Position numbers and translations under genes: made by a program. From Phoronis australis (taxonomy: Eukaryota > Animalia > Phoronida), in the NCBI GenBank assembly GCA_002633005.1, contig NMRA01000363.1, positions 62,001 to 126,000 of the forward strand: 64,000 bases of DNA. Reading direction: 5' to 3'. Below the pieces are notes generated by a model. The model worked only from the letters and a program-made list of their open reading frames with translations. It was not told the origin of the DNA and did not search any database. Within the stretch, counting starts at the first letter, position 1; each line of letters begins with the position of its first letter. This document shows, piece by piece, positions 39,041 through 52,926 of this stretch.

Positions 39041-42000
39041 ATGTCTAGGCTGTCTGTGTCACTACGTCCCAAAGGACTTTATTTCCTTAGAACCCTAAGC
39101 ACTGGCAAGATGCCAAAGAAAAAAGCAGTACTGTTGCAGGTAAACGGGTACTAGGCAGCAGCACATGATTGTAATTAGAAAATACAACCACCTCAACTGG
39201 CCCAAGGAGAGATGGTAGTCATCCCATTTGCCCTCCATATGCCAGATGCTTTTCAGAAAATTGAGCCTTGCACTGACAAAGTAAAATTGCTGATAACTTT
39301 TGTGCAAGCACGTCATATTCTCTGGCGCAAGTAATGTAAATATGGCTAGTTGCCGATTTGGGCAACTAAACAAAGGACAGTGCAAAAGTGTTTGACTATG
39401 AGTGTAATACTATTTTTCGGTGTCACTCTCTGCGCAAAGGTTACGTGACTTTGACGGTTTGATCAGTGTGACACAAAGTTACCCGAAAAGCTTCCAGTGT
39501 ATTGAGGGCCTGTCTGATGACCACCGGCGCCATTTCTATTGTGGCCAGCTGAGAAGGTGGTTTTGACTGCATAAGCTTTAACATAATTTGCTGGGTCATT
39601 GTTGGCATGCATGCTGGTAGTAATGCTTTACTCGGCCTGTCCTAACTACCAAAGGCAAGTTAAGTCACGTCAAGTAGTACTGTGTCACTACAAGTACCTT
39701 TTGAGCATAAAGAGACAGATTTGCTAGACTCCAAAGCTTTGTAGGTCATAGATAACTATTGAGAAAACATCCAAAGCAAGACATATGCACCGATTTTCAC
39801 CCACATAATTCTCCATACTGCTGTACTGTTCATCATCATCATGATTTGACTTTGGCCTTATAGGTGGCGCTGTGACAGAGGGTAATATTTGTGTTATGGC
39901 TAGCATTACATTGGGAAAGTTGTGAATCTTAGAGAAAACAAACTAAGTTCTTTCTAACATACTTTGTAGGGTGAGTGCAATAATAGTGTTACGCAAGGGC
40001 CAGTCATAGCCAACTCATGTGGAACTGTAACCGTGAATGTGCTAGCCAAACCTAATGCAAAGGAGAGCTCCATTACTGGTATGTAAGTTGGCTTTGTGGA
40101 CAGTGATTTTAATCACACCCAGTCACAAACTTTAGTCACGAATACAGTAAAATCTCTTCAGTTTACAACACATGTACAATTTGGCAAACTGGTGAAATTT
40201 CATTTTGTCAACTAAAAGAACTTTTTGAAGACAATTTACCTTGCTTCTAGCATGTTTTTTAACATTTAATACAAGTATGAACATGTGAATAATCTAGAAA
40301 TATGGCACAGTTTTTGCAATTATTTTTGTCCCATATTTACGAATTTTTACCATAAACGTAGTTTGTGGTGATGGTTTTCCAATTGAAGCTATTAACTCCA
40401 TTCAGTCTATAGTGCCACGGCTCTTTGAGGAGCTAATTCACTCAGTATTAAAAACCAAACAAAAGATTCCACCCCAAAACATTTACGAAAATAATGGTTT
40501 TCAATCATGGCGCTGCAAGAAGATTTGATACTATATGCAGATGCAATGCAATAATGTCCCATGGTCAAAAGATGTAGCCTAAGAATTTTCACTGGATTAC
40601 ATATAAGATAATGTTTCCTAGTTAGTGCCTGATGTGTAAATGGTTAAAGGAAAATTTCAATTTAACATACAAGCTTACTATGACTTTAGAAAAACTTCAT
40701 TTTCAAGCCTCAGTTGGTTCCCCCTTCATTAATGTAGAGGGCCTCGTCCGAAGACCACCCAGAGTGGGGCCTCCTAATATGGGGAATCTGTCCAAAATTG
40801 GCCAAAGAGCGGGATCCTCTATATTAATATACGGTAGGTCCCTTCTTTTCAGTCACCTTGGATGGGTCTTCTGCATTAATATAGATGGCATCTCTTTTGA
40901 AGCTCAAAAATGGATTTCTTACGTGTATCATTTTTGATAAGAATAAACCATTTAAAATAATAAGGTGTTGCATTAGCTTGAAAAATACTTAAGCCATTTG
41001 ATCTGCCTTACCACTAAGTGTCTTCCTCACTTTAATTTTTGTCCTCAGGAAACCTGCATATCATTCTCTCTGTAATGACCTCTCATTATGAATGACCCCT
41101 GAAATTGTTTTCAGTGTGTTACTTGGACTTTAATTTTCAGGCATCACATCAGAGGGCGTTAGCATTCAAATAGCAGCTCCCCCTGTTGATGGTGAAGCTA
41201 ATTCTGTGTTGGTGAAATACCTGTCAAAAGTCCTAGGTTTGAGAAAGTCTGACGTTTGTCTTGCAAGGGTAATTTATTTACTTAAGGTTCTGAATAAGCA
41301 ACTTCAACTCTAAGTCAAACATGGAAAAATATGCTTTCTCAACCAATAAATGTATATTTTCAGAAAAGATAAAGATCGAGGATTCAAAAAATATGCTTCT
41401 TATCACTGTCACGTGACCATGTGTTTTAAGTCAAATTTTCATGTGTAAGAAAGGTACATTCATAGCAAAATAACCACCCAGCCGATTTTACTAAAAGTAT
41501 AACTTTACGTTATGTCTCAAAAACATTGGTAGGAATTCTTGATTATTCACTTAGTTCAGGTTTTATGCCAAATTAACTCCCGACAAGGCATTTTTGAAAA
41601 AAAAAACAGCAGTCCTACTCTTGTATCACTCGATACGTGAAAACTAGGCAACTTAAAGCAAAATCCTAACAGCATTTTTGAAACATAACGTAAAGTTTTC
41701 ATTTAAAAAAGTTTTAGTAACATCGGCCATTGCAACGAATGCACCCTTTTTGCACATGAAATTTTGTCTTAAAAAGAAGAATATTAGAATCCTCGATATT
41801 TCGCCTTTCAAATAATTTAATACCTTTAGTGGTTTACAAAAGCACTATTTTTTCAATATTTGTTAAAATCCAAGATAACCTTAAAGCTGTATTTTAACCT
41901 TATTAAGCCTGGTTGATGTTTAATTCTTAACCAAGGCGCTTTGGGAATTCAATTTTTTCTTTTTAGCCAGTTAAACAGGTAGGAATGTAGATTTAGTTTA

Positions 42001-43097
42001 CTGCCTTGTTGTTACTTAAAGAAAATAGACTGACTTTGATTTGGTGTTCATTCTAATTGCACTCAGCTATGGAAATGTTGGTTTCACTGAGTTTGCCCAA
42101 TTGTTGCTGCAGTAGGAGAATATTGTTCGTAAGTTTTGAAGCTACTATGGTAGGAAACTGAACACAAACAGCTGTAACTTGTCTCGGGCCTGTCTTCAGA
42201 CACTAAGCTTTGGCCAACAATTATTTGCAAAAAGTAGGGTAGTCTCACCTTTGTCAGACTGAAATAATTGCCAAAAATGTCCTTTTTTCATTGCTTCTAT
42301 CAGTGTTGTGAACGCCCAAAAGTTTTCAAAACTTGTGGACCAAAACTTAAACATGGAATATCATTTAATTTTGTGATGCATATGTTTCATGGAAAATGAT
42401 GAAAATAAAATTTCACTTGTCGGCCGTATTGTGTCCTAAATTGGCATCTTTTCAAATAGATGGCAGTCAAGTTCAAAAAAACAACGTAGCAACAAATAAC
42501 AAATAGCATGTCAAGTCACCTGTGTGCTCATGCTGTCTCTACTGTGCGCACTTCAGTTGTACGGACTGTAGGTGCTGGGAAAACATGTCTCCGTCCTGTC
42601 AATAACATGGCATGCCGTTTTATGCCCGAAACTTAGCCTCAGACAATGAATTGCCAGGTCTTCTCTCAGTAGTCCAGAAATATCTTCTTATGGTAGAGTG
42701 GCCTAAATCTTTTCCCAATTGAATTGTAATGTAGGTTTATACCTTAAAACCTTATCTACATTGTGTTTTTGAAGAATATTTAAAAAATACATGGGCACAC
42801 AGTTCCTTCTGTTACAAGGCGGTTATTGTTTTGATTTCTTGTATTTTGTCTCCATCAGCCATGACAAAAACATGGATGTCAAAGTTAATAAAAATATAGA
42901 TCAGTTGGCTGAAACCATTCCATGAGTAAAAACCAAAACTAATTTATTTACTGATTCCAAGTTTTGATATGCTTCCGGTCATTGATTGTGGTTCATTGTT
43001 TCAGGGTTCGAAGTCAAGAATGAAGTCATTCGTTGTTAGCGGCATGACTAAAGAGGATGTTGAAACTAAGCTAACATCTCAATGTGACCACAGGTAG
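39041..43097 (+). CDS. C15orf40: UPF0235 / YggU-family (DUF167) protein, C15orf40 homolog, 4 exons
   Basis: Exons 39041-39139, 39970-40078, 41141-41268, 43005-43097 give ...[65 protein letters not shown]...; the start may instead be the downstream ATG (MPKKK). Confidence 0.92.
41286..41880. mobile_element. Palindromic TTAA-flanked MITE (Kolobok-type)
   Basis: TTAA|GGTT ... AACC|TTAA. Internal inverted pairs GAGGATTC/GAATCCTC, TTTCATGTG/CACATGAAA, ACTTTACGTTATGT/ACATAACGTAAAGT. Confidence 0.75.
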
Positions 43098-43464
43098 CGC
43101 TAGTAGTCTCATCACAGGGTGAGTGCTCACCATACATCAGCTGCCATCTGACCTAGTACAATCATTAAATTTTGTTGAACCCACCTGGTTTCCTCAAAAT
43201 TTTGATGCAGCTTGCTGGGAAGAATACTTGGCGTCTGTCAACAGAGGACTAGCGAGAACAATTTGCTCTGGCAGTTGGATATTGTTCCACTACTGTGTAC
43301 CACTGTTTAGCCTTGTATGTTCTTTGAAAGCAGTGAATTGGGATCTACTGAAGGTACAGAGAACGCACTTTCATTATGTATGAACACTATTCAGAGCTGT
43401 TACCCACACCGGTGTCATTACTTGGCGAAATGAAATTCCTCTCAAGACTGTCGCTCTGTCATGT

Positions 43465-43500
43465 TTTTTGTTTGTTTGTTTGTTTGTTTGTTTGTTTGTT
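43465..43500. repeat. (TTTG)n microsatellite
   Basis: About 8 perfect TTTG units downstream of the C15orf40 stop codon. Confidence 0.9.
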
Positions 43501-44320
43501 GGTATGCAAGGTAAGGTCCCTTTTTGACTGGTTGACTTGAAATTCTCACACTTACCTTTCTCAAGTTATTCTATATTTATCGATCCGATGACTCGCTGTT
43601 CTTTTGTTGGTGTATCATATGCACACTACCGGTTGCATTTTTTGTCTGATCGAAAATAAATTTCCCTACAACATGTATCTCTTGAAAAACATGAGGCGTG
43701 CTGTTTTGGGCAAAAAGGGATGCAATTTAAGGTGGCGCTGTGATGGCCAATTTTTACTCTGCTATTCCTGAAGGTATGACATTATGGTGTTTCCCCATTG
43801 CTCCCAACTTGTTCGATTCTATAGCCCAACAAGGAGTTGGGAAGTTTACCCCTGTAGCCAATGTCTTACATGACTGATTAACTCCATTCTGGCATTAATG
43901 GTTGGAGGGCCAACTCTCTTTTGTTCGATAATTGCTCTAATCTCGGATTAGATCGTATCTAGCTTGACTGGGCTGTGCTGCAAAAAATGAAAGTTAAGCT
44001 GTAACATATTTGAACATAAACCAATAGCATTTCTGAATTCCTTGTCAAATTCTGATCATGTTTAGTTTTTGAATTACCAAAATCGCCCAACTACAACAGA
44101 AGTTAAGACAATCCATTCTGCCAGGTTTCAACCCTTTGAAGCCTGGGAGATAATTGGCCTGCTTGTTATCATACGGGACAAAAGACTGTGCTGGGCAGTT
44201 AACAAAAGAGCCAGATGTTATCGCACGTTTAGCACCCCTCACGTCTGGAAAAGTTGCTGAACGACAGAACGCCGTCACGATACTGAAATTTGGTATGTGG
44301 ATAGATTGATTTCTGGTATT

Positions 44321-44721
44321 CCTGGGCCTGGTCTCCAATCTTTTTACTCGAAATGGACCTCGAAATTAGGTTTGGCATGTTCTACTCTACTTTTGGGCGA
44401 ACTCAAGATAAGTGTGTATTATTCTATGCTCGAGTACACAATAACTTAGGTAGATAATTTATTGCCCTTAGTTCACAGTTTGTAAACCCAATATTAAAGC
44501 AATAAGTTCGAGTTTGAACTCGAAATTTCGAGTTTTTACTCGAGTTTGTAACACGAATATAAGGGTCTTCAAGGGCAAACTTGAACTAGAAACTCCTATG
44601 CATCATAAACTATAATGTATTCGAGCACAGTCTGATAACCAATTATCTTAAGTTCACACAAAAGGAGCGGAGAAATTGCCAAAAATAGTTTCGAGTACAA
44701 AGATTAGAGACCGGGCCCTGG
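44321..44721. mobile_element. Palindromic MITE (family of 17902-18306) nested in an older repeat
   Basis: CCTGGGCCTGGTCTC ... GAGACCGGGCCCTGG. GAAATTTGGT-type units occur on both sides (44284, 44734, 45055). Confidence 0.7.
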
Positions 44722-47576
44722 GCAGATCTTTTCGAAATTTGGTACGTGAACAGATTTCCTCAACTGCTATTTGTGCCATGCCAGCCATTTCTTGCTGCAA
44801 ATTACTGTTCTCGAGTTATTAGAGATTGGTCTTCATTGACCCATTCTTTTCTGCTCTTTTGCTGTTGTGTCATACTCGCGCTACAGGCTGAATTTGTTGT
44901 CCGATCGATATGAAATTTACACAACAGATATCTCATGAAAAACTGAAGACCTATTAATTGTTTTGGAGTGGAATCGGACTTAAAATGGCGATGTAACGCA
45001 TTTTTCAAATAACCATTTGCGTAGCTCTAGCTCCACTGTCCCGACAGAATCTTCTGAAATTTGGTGATTAGATAGGTATCATCAAGGGCTATCAGAAGTG
45101 TGCTAGCCATTTCTTGCAGTGATTTGTAATTCTCTAGTCCGTGATTTTCTGGTTTGATTCACTTGTTCCTCAATGTGTCTGGGTAATTGTTGTTAGTGTT
45201 ATTAGTTTTTTATCTATCTCACTTCTCTTTTCTCTTTGTTTTCTGTTCCAACTCTTTATATTTTTATTGTATTGTCTTAAACTTGTGTTGCAATAAAAAA
45301 TCCCACTTTCAAACTTTCATTCGATTTTGCCAAGTGTCGCTCCTCAGAATACTTTGACTTTTGAAATTCACATTTTAATCTCATCTACTCTTAGCTATGG
45401 CTTAATTAACTCTACACCTCTGCCCTATGCTGTGGGAGGGTCAGATTTCTCTGCTGACGATCAGGTCTAAAATCAGGGGAGGTAACCACCGTTCCCGTTC
45501 ACTATTTTGCTTTGGATGATGCAGGATTGGGTTTTCAATTACTTTCTGAGTTGAATTGCCCTATTCTACAAATTTGGTCTTGTTTATAAGCAATGCCACA
45601 GGTCATCATATCAGAAATCCGAAAACCTTGGGACTCGACAAAGAATTAGAAAGTATGTAATGATTGCTGGTTCTCCACCAAGAGAACACTGCTGTCCATT
45701 TTAAAGAAGAATGCCACCTGATATAATTAGTTTTTGTTACCGTCTTAATCGGCCAATATCCACATGGCCTCGCATACACTCGATCTCACCTCGCTGAAAC
45801 ATGTCGCTTTAACCTGTCGGGAAGGGGAGTACACGACGCGGCGATGTCAGTGGTGAGTGTGTGCCGCCATGGTGTGGCGTATCGTTCCCGCTTGTGCGAA
45901 CCATGAAGCTACGAGGAAAGCTGGTACATCGTTTTATTTATTTTTTTTTTGTTTTTTGGATTTCCTCGAAAACCCGAATTGCTTAGGACGTGGTTATCGA
46001 CAGTACACAGCAATACCAAGTATGAGGCCGTGAAATATCTGTGTCTGTGGCCGGCAAAGCGGTTCTATTTTAAAATGAATTATTTTTAACCTAACCAATG
46101 TTTATATAAAACTGAAACAAAGCCTCAAAGCCTATCTCAGTAGATACAATGTGTAATGCCTTAGGAGTGTTCGTGTGTGCAAATGTTTTGAGAAATCAAC
46201 AATGAATAAATCATACTGCTTCAGATCAATTAATTGACCTCCGTGTGAGCGCATGCTAATTCAGTGTCTGCTGACAGAAAGCTGTTGTGAAACTATAACT
46301 ATATGCTATGGTCAGATGTTTGAGGAATCTTTATTAAGAAATATGTACATTATTCAAACCATTGTTATTGTACTCCTTTTCCCTGTACGGTTATGTGGAA
46401 GGGAAAATTGGCTTTGATCGCGGTCCATGCACGACCGTGGGGATCGAGTAAGTAGATGTGCAAGTTCGCGGCGAATTCACTAAAATATTCACATGCACAT
46501 TATTTCTTTGGTTCAGTCTTTGCGTGACTGGAAGATTAATTCACAAATCTAAAATTTCCACATATGGCTATGCTTTCGTCAGAAGAATAATTCGCATTTA
46601 TCATCGAACAAATTCTAAACTTCCGCGACCGACGTCGGTAAGCTGGCGTGACCCCGGCGAACTTTGTAAGCTAAGCGGTACTTTCAAAATTTCTATGAAT
46701 CCATAACAGCGAAATAAAACGACTCATTTGTTTAAAAACTCAATGTATTTGTAAGGATTTTTTGTCGAATTTTGATGATTTGTTGATGTAAAACGATGAA
46801 TTCAAGTGATAACCTGACACCAGTAAGCGCCTCGTGAACTGTTGAGCAGACTGTTAGAACCTGTGACGTCATTTGTTCAATTCAGCACCTCCGTCTATCG
46901 TCTGGCGTCAGGTAAAGAACTGAACTTGCTGTTATTGAGTGGAACTACTCGATTTAAATTGATACAAAGTACGCTGTTTTTTGGTAGCATTCTCCTTTAA
47001 CGCCCAACGAATTCCAGAACTACACCATGACAAGATTGTTCTATGAGCAGGTCGCAGAGTGAAACAATCTTTAGTGTGAAGAAACAAGGACAGTGATTCG
47101 ATTCTTCAGTTGCGCATTCTTTTGTTGGCCAAAACTGGCACAGTCCGTACCCCACATAACCATTCTGCAATGTTGCATGCGTACTTGCAACTGTGGCGCG
47201 TTATTCCTGGTGTTGACAATTTACAATAGAAATGTAGTCAGTGTCGTCTAGTCGATGAGGACGCTGTCCCTGCTTTCAGTCCTCTTTGAATGCTCTGTAC
47301 ACCAGATGCCCTATTCATAACCATCCAATTTAGCGCCCTCGTGAAGCCCTTAATGTTAAAAACAAGTTGAGTTATACCATTACAACATATTCACCGCAGT
47401 TTAATAGTTATAATACACAACACGGCATTCTTTTTCACAGGCTCAGTTTGTAGGGTGTTCGCGGCTGTCCGAATAAAAGCAGCGTGTAGTGAAATACCTG
47501 AAAACAGAAGTTTTTTTTTCCTGAAATTAATCTAAGTTGTTCTCCACATATCTTGTTGGTCCCAAAGTCCGCTAGC

Positions 47577-50553
47577 CTAGCAGGTGACACTACCCAAGGC
47601 AACTCCTGTTACCACGGCAACAATCGTTAAAGTGTGTGGAAAATGTCTTTCTCCATGGTTACAGTGATCGCTGCTACAGTAACAAGTCTCGCTCTTCAAT
47701 CCACTCTTCTCCTTTTCATAACAGCCTGGCTCCATGTCTTGTCTAGCACAGGATCTGTCAGCTTTCTTACTGTCTGCAAGGGAAGACATCTTGTTGATAT
47801 AACTGTGTTTTTTTAAAAACGCAGTTATAGACGATAGAATTAAAATTCTACCGTCACTGTCATCAGGGCCGGATCCAGGTGAGCGGAGCCAGGGCAGAGT
47901 ATTAGCCAGGATTTTGTACGTCAGACATTTCCACCCCCAAATTGCCAAATTGAATCTGGCCCCCTTGGCCCCCCTCTAAATCCGTCACTGGTCATTTCCT
48001 CAGCCTTAGATTAAGCAAATACTTGGACCCCATTTTGTTCATCCAAGACGTTTGCCATGTTTTGGCAGTAAGAAATCTTTGTTTATTATGGAGCGTAGAA
48101 ATTGAATTATATCCCATAAATCAACATTTCGTTGACCAATCAGTGGCTGCCATCTTTCTGGTTTACTTTTTTGTATGGAAATGAATCTCAAAGCAGGTAC
48201 TATTCTCAATGTGGAAATCGACAGAACGCGAAAACAACCGCAAAACATTGCGTATGTCAACTTACCAAAAAAATGTCCCCACTTCAGTGAAGCGACTATT
48301 TTGGTGCAATATTGGCCGTCCCCACACTCCACTGCGTTATGCTCTGACGTCACGAACGGCTCTTTGCACCGAGTACAATTGTAGCACTTGACACTACGGA
48401 CACCTGTAGGCAGACGTCATGATAACCTTGGTAAAAACAGCATAACAATCAACAATCGAAAAACAGGGTCAATAATTGCGAAGATGACATCCCTCACATA
48501 CTTATTATAGTGATTGCATCATGGCAAAGAGGCGACGAGAGGAAACTGAAGGCGGAACAAATTAAGGGCATATCTGTCAAAAGTCGATCTCAGTCATCAC
48601 CAACGAGCCATGTTTATATCATTTGTCATTACCGTGTTATCCACTTTGGCGATAAATCTACGCAGATTTAATACTTTATTCAGGTTTATTGTGTAAAACG
48701 GTCTAACACCCTAAGAGTCAAGTAGAATATTAAAGAAATCAACACATGATTATTTGCTGCTATAAGACCGTTTTCCAAGAAAAATAAAATTGATTTAAAC
48801 TCCACTTTAAGTCAAGATGTTCTTTACTAAAACTGGTTGCGACTTTGGCTTAGAAGTTGCAGTTTGCTGTCATTTGAGACCACGCTCAGTGCAATGTGTT
48901 GACTTGTCATTGCGGTCTCCAGCGATAAAGATCTGCCAATTGTTTCCAAGCTAACAAACTCTTTTCCCAGTAGAGCTTGGGGTTAGTTGAATTATACTTC
49001 GTAGCGGCAATTAAATCCCTTCAAAATTAAATATTCTTCTCTTGAACATATAGTAATTACAGGTGATCTGGTACACGTTGTACTGATCAGGTGGGCCCAT
49101 TGCACTGATCACCGGGAATCATTTTTATGCTGTTTTACTAAAAATAGAAACCCGGATCTGAGAAGCTAGAAACCTGACTCAAAGGTCTGACGTGGTGTCC
49201 CATTGAGATTCGAACCCACGACCTTGAACAAAGGAAGCAGACACTGCCTCGTCTCAAAACGTGGTTTCATAGCATCATTAAAAAACCACCATAGAAACTG
49301 ACTCGCTACTGATAAAGAGACGTGCAGTACACAAAAAATTCAACTATTACTTTCTCACAGTTCTCCCTGCAGTACGCCGTTCTTGCTGTTTGTAAGCATG
49401 CGATAAAACGCAACGTGGTGAATCAAATAAATAATTGAAAAGAGGCTGGTGTATTGAAAATTCTCATTATTACAGTTATTGTTTAACTATTGATGATGTT
49501 GGTTAGGTTATCATTAAAAGTTGACATTAAAAACGTCGACATTTTGGTGTTTGCTGGTCGGCATTCCGATTTATAACTGACTCATGCAGATCGACTGTGT
49601 CGTGACTTAGTACGTATTTGTGATTGTGAATGTGATTACTATAAAACGCAGTAGAATGTAGTAGTTCGTCAAAAAGTAACCCAGTCCTGTCAATAATAGT
49701 TCCTAGTGTTTAATACGTATTAATCTCTCGTTCTCACCCGCGCCTTATTAGTCATATCAATTATACCGCCCATGCCGCTGTCGTCGTGTCGTCAAACGGT
49801 ACCGGTGTGACAATCGATAAATACGCTTGAGATAGTGCGGATACAAGTGACAATTATATTGCGTATACTGTGTCGTCCGTCAATATCGTTATGTATTTAC
49901 CGGCATACGTCGGTCCGCCTGTCTATTTGTCCGTCTGTTGCTTCGTTCGCCAGGCTAGTTTTCGACTGCTAGTGAACCAAACATTATGGAAGAATATAGC
50001 CAAAGCTTTTACCTGTTAGAAAAGGCTTCGGAATAAATCATTGTTTCTATTTGAGGGTTGACCCGAAACGTTTTACTATACTGATCTAAAAACAGAGCAC
50101 TGGTACAAACAAGTTTATCATCGTTAGCAGGTTATTGAGATTGCATGCGCCCGCGTGTATTCTTCTACAAATAATCAACAACTGGGAAGGGTAGTTTGGA
50201 AGTCACCAAAAATTCTTAGCTAAGAAAATAATTTAATTCATAATGCCCGCTTGGTCTATATATTCGTGAAAATGAATGTAAACACCACGCCAAAATTATC
50301 ATATGCTGAACTTCTGTCTTCACCCGTCGGCTTGTAAATTTAAAGTGAGTGAAATTCAAACAGCTTTTAAAGATAGAAAATGCCTACATGTATGTGACGT
50401 TGAAACTAGTCCTAATGACCATTATAGTTCAGGAACCAACGACGAGACTAGTTCCCATTTTTTGATCTCAGAATTAAATTCACCTGTCCACATGTACATA
50501 CCTGGTACAAACTGCACCACGAAGAGGAGAATTATTACATGACATGGGTGCAT
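47577..50553 (-). CDS. GPI-anchored Ly6/uPAR three-finger protein (quiver/sleepless-like), 3 exons, ~128 aa
   Basis: Exons (minus) 50553-50502 (signal peptide MHPCHVIILLFVVQFVPG), 48403-48266 (VKCYNCTRC..C..YCTK), 47773-47577 (RSC..GC..TCYCSSDHCN plus hydrophobic tail). 10-Cys pattern with phase-1 introns. Confidence 0.88.
47864..47990. mobile_element. CAG..CTG MITE with 5-bp TSD GTCAT
   Basis: GTCAT|CAGGGCCGGATCCAG ... CTAAATCCGTCACTG|GTCAT, in Ly6 intron 2. Confidence 0.75.
49060..49250 (-). mobile_element. Degenerate tRNA-derived SINE
   Basis: Minus-strand B-box-like GGTCGTGGGTTCGAATCTC at ~49206-49224; no complete cloverleaf. Confidence 0.4.
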
Positions 50554-52344
50554 GACGCTCGTCGCCCTTCTCTTCCCTCACGACCGCCAAAGTGAGCCCG
50601 CTATAGTTGTTAGCCGACAGTCGCTGAACCAAAAGGCGTGGTTACAAACGCGAACTGTCAACAATTTCTTGCTCGATTTGTGTACATCCTACCCGACAGC
50701 TACATTGTGCACTACAAATTTCCCTAAGCACAACTCTATAGAGCAAACATTTGTTGATCGATAGTAAAAGTATTGTAAGTCTATGCGAGTGAGTGCAGGT
50801 TAAGTCAAATCAATGCAATTTTAATTTCTGCCAGATGATGGCGGATGAGAAATCATGTCTTGTCCTCAGAGTAGCCGTTCACAGCTGCAGAGATGTGATG
50901 GTCAGCCGAGAAACATTTTGAGCAATGATAAAATATGGTGAATAAAATAAATCGGGCTCCGTTGAAGAAACTTGCTTTTGATTTCGATGACTTACAGCTA
51001 AAAAAATGGTCTCGCATGTTTGAGTTGCTCAGATGAGAAGTGACATTAGGTCCCTCATGCAAAGAACTGACAGTACCTTGTTGCGATGCGCTCGGCGTAT
51101 TCTGACAGGGCGTGACAAGTAAACTTGTAGAGTATTTTCTCAGCCAGAATTTATCCCTTTGAGAAGCCCCGAAACCACACCTATAAATTTGACTCGTAAA
51201 CAATTTTAGGCCAATTTTTAACAGTTAGTGGTCTCAATCAAAGCTTGCTTGTTGAAAGGACTGGAAGATGGGTTTATAGCCGTTACCGATGACAAAAACT
51301 TTACAAAACATTACCAAATAATTAACGCCGATTTAAATTTATTGAAAACACAATGTTTTGAGTATCCTCTCTCAACATGACACTGGTGGAAGGTAGTCAC
51401 TGATATTTGAGTCACGTTTTTGGAAACACGGTGTCAAACAACTGATTTGTTAACGTTTCATTAATTCATTAATCATCAAACGAATTTTGGTGTCTAAATA
51501 TCTGAACGAAAAGTATAGTGGAGTTATGTTCCGCCAGTAAGGCGTAGAAAACGTGAAATAATATTTCCAGTTATAAAATTGGTCTTGTTCCTTTCTCAAC
51601 TTAGATGAGATCTCTGTGCTCGGGAACAACTGACATTTCATTAAATTGGCGTGCCCGGTGACCTGAAATTTTATGAGCTCGGCCATCAGCAATAACCAGC
51701 TCTCAGTTCTGAAATCCTCTCTAATTTCACTGAGGAATTTCAACCGAAGGACCAATTCAAGGACTGACAATTTCACCATGGTATTTAAGTCGCTCAAGCA
51801 AAACTGTTTTTTGACAGAAAAACGGGTTTCAATGTCTCTTTAAAGCTTTCATCACCAGATGTATTGAACTGATAATTATATAAATTTCTAATAACGTAGA
51901 AAATATATCTGAAACTAAATAAGGCGATCCAGATCCTCCCAAGGATACTATTGTTTCATGAAATGAAGAATATAAATCGGTAAATAAAACAACAAGAATG
52001 GATCAACTGAAATTTGAAATTTTCGGATGTAACAACTTCCTTTATCAACAAAAATAGAAATAAAGTAAAATCAAACACAAAATGACAATTGACATATAAG
52101 ATATGGTGTAATGAAAATGATACATTTTTACGTAAAAAATTCAATGACATATTTTAAGAAGTTTTTATGTTCAATCCATGATTTTTTAGATTTTTACATT
52201 TTCTCCAAGAAATTATAGGGGGATGAGGAAATAGCCGGGTTTTTCATTAGAGGGGAAATATGCAGCGTAGAAAGATGTTTTTTGAAGACGTGGCTAATTC
52301 CGTTTAAACATGAATTGAACATAGTTATGAAAGGTATTCTATTA

Positions 52345-52830
52345 ATTAAAAATTATTTAGTTAAAGCTAATATCGACAATATACACCAAACTGACAAACC
52401 TATTGGCAACACACAATGTAACAAAACTAGTTGTAAAATGTGTAACTTCATCAACGATAGCACTTTTTTCCAGTCTTCCCAAACCAATGAAAACTTTGAA
52501 ATAAAACTTTATTCTGATTGCACCACCAACAATATTATTTACATTATAACTTGTAAAAAATGTTCTATCCAATACGTAGGACAAACTCAACATAATCTAC
52601 AAACTCGGTTTCGTAATCATAGATTTAACATAATACATAAAAACATTTCTGATACTATAGGTAATCATTTCAATTCCAAAAACCATAATATTCAAGATCT
52701 TTCTGTACAAATAATAGAAAAACTCCAACACCCCAGTACCCCTCACAGACTTAAAAGAGAACAATATTGGATAGACAAACTGAATACAATAGAACCTCAT
52801 GGATTGAACATAAAAAACTTCTTAAAATAT
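52345..52830 (+). pseudogene. Penelope-like GIY-YIG endonuclease domain fragment
   Basis: KNYLVKA..CNKTSCKMC..CTTNNIIYIITCKKCSIQYVGQT..LQTRFRNH..IGNHF..H..REQYWIDKLNTIEPHGLN. No RT and no genuine start codon. Confidence 0.88.
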
Positions 52831-52926
52831 GTCATTGAATTTTTTACGCAAAAATGTATCATTTTCATTACACCATATCTTATATGTCAATTGTCATTTT
52901 GTGTTTGATTTTACTTTATTTCTGTT

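Noticed and set aside
49190-49250. tRNA gene on the minus strand
   Set aside because: Only a T-arm/B-box is recognisable; no acceptor stem or anticodon arm, so treated as a SINE remnant.
50048-50075. TTTGAGGGTTGACCCGAAACGTTT hammerhead-like string
   Set aside because: Stem II and GAAAC are present but the CUGANGA core is incomplete; at most a decayed remnant.
52282-52344. N-terminus of the 208-aa GIY-YIG ORF as a standalone nuclease gene
   Set aside because: The first ~20 codons come from the antisense strand of the inverted linker; there is no true start codon.
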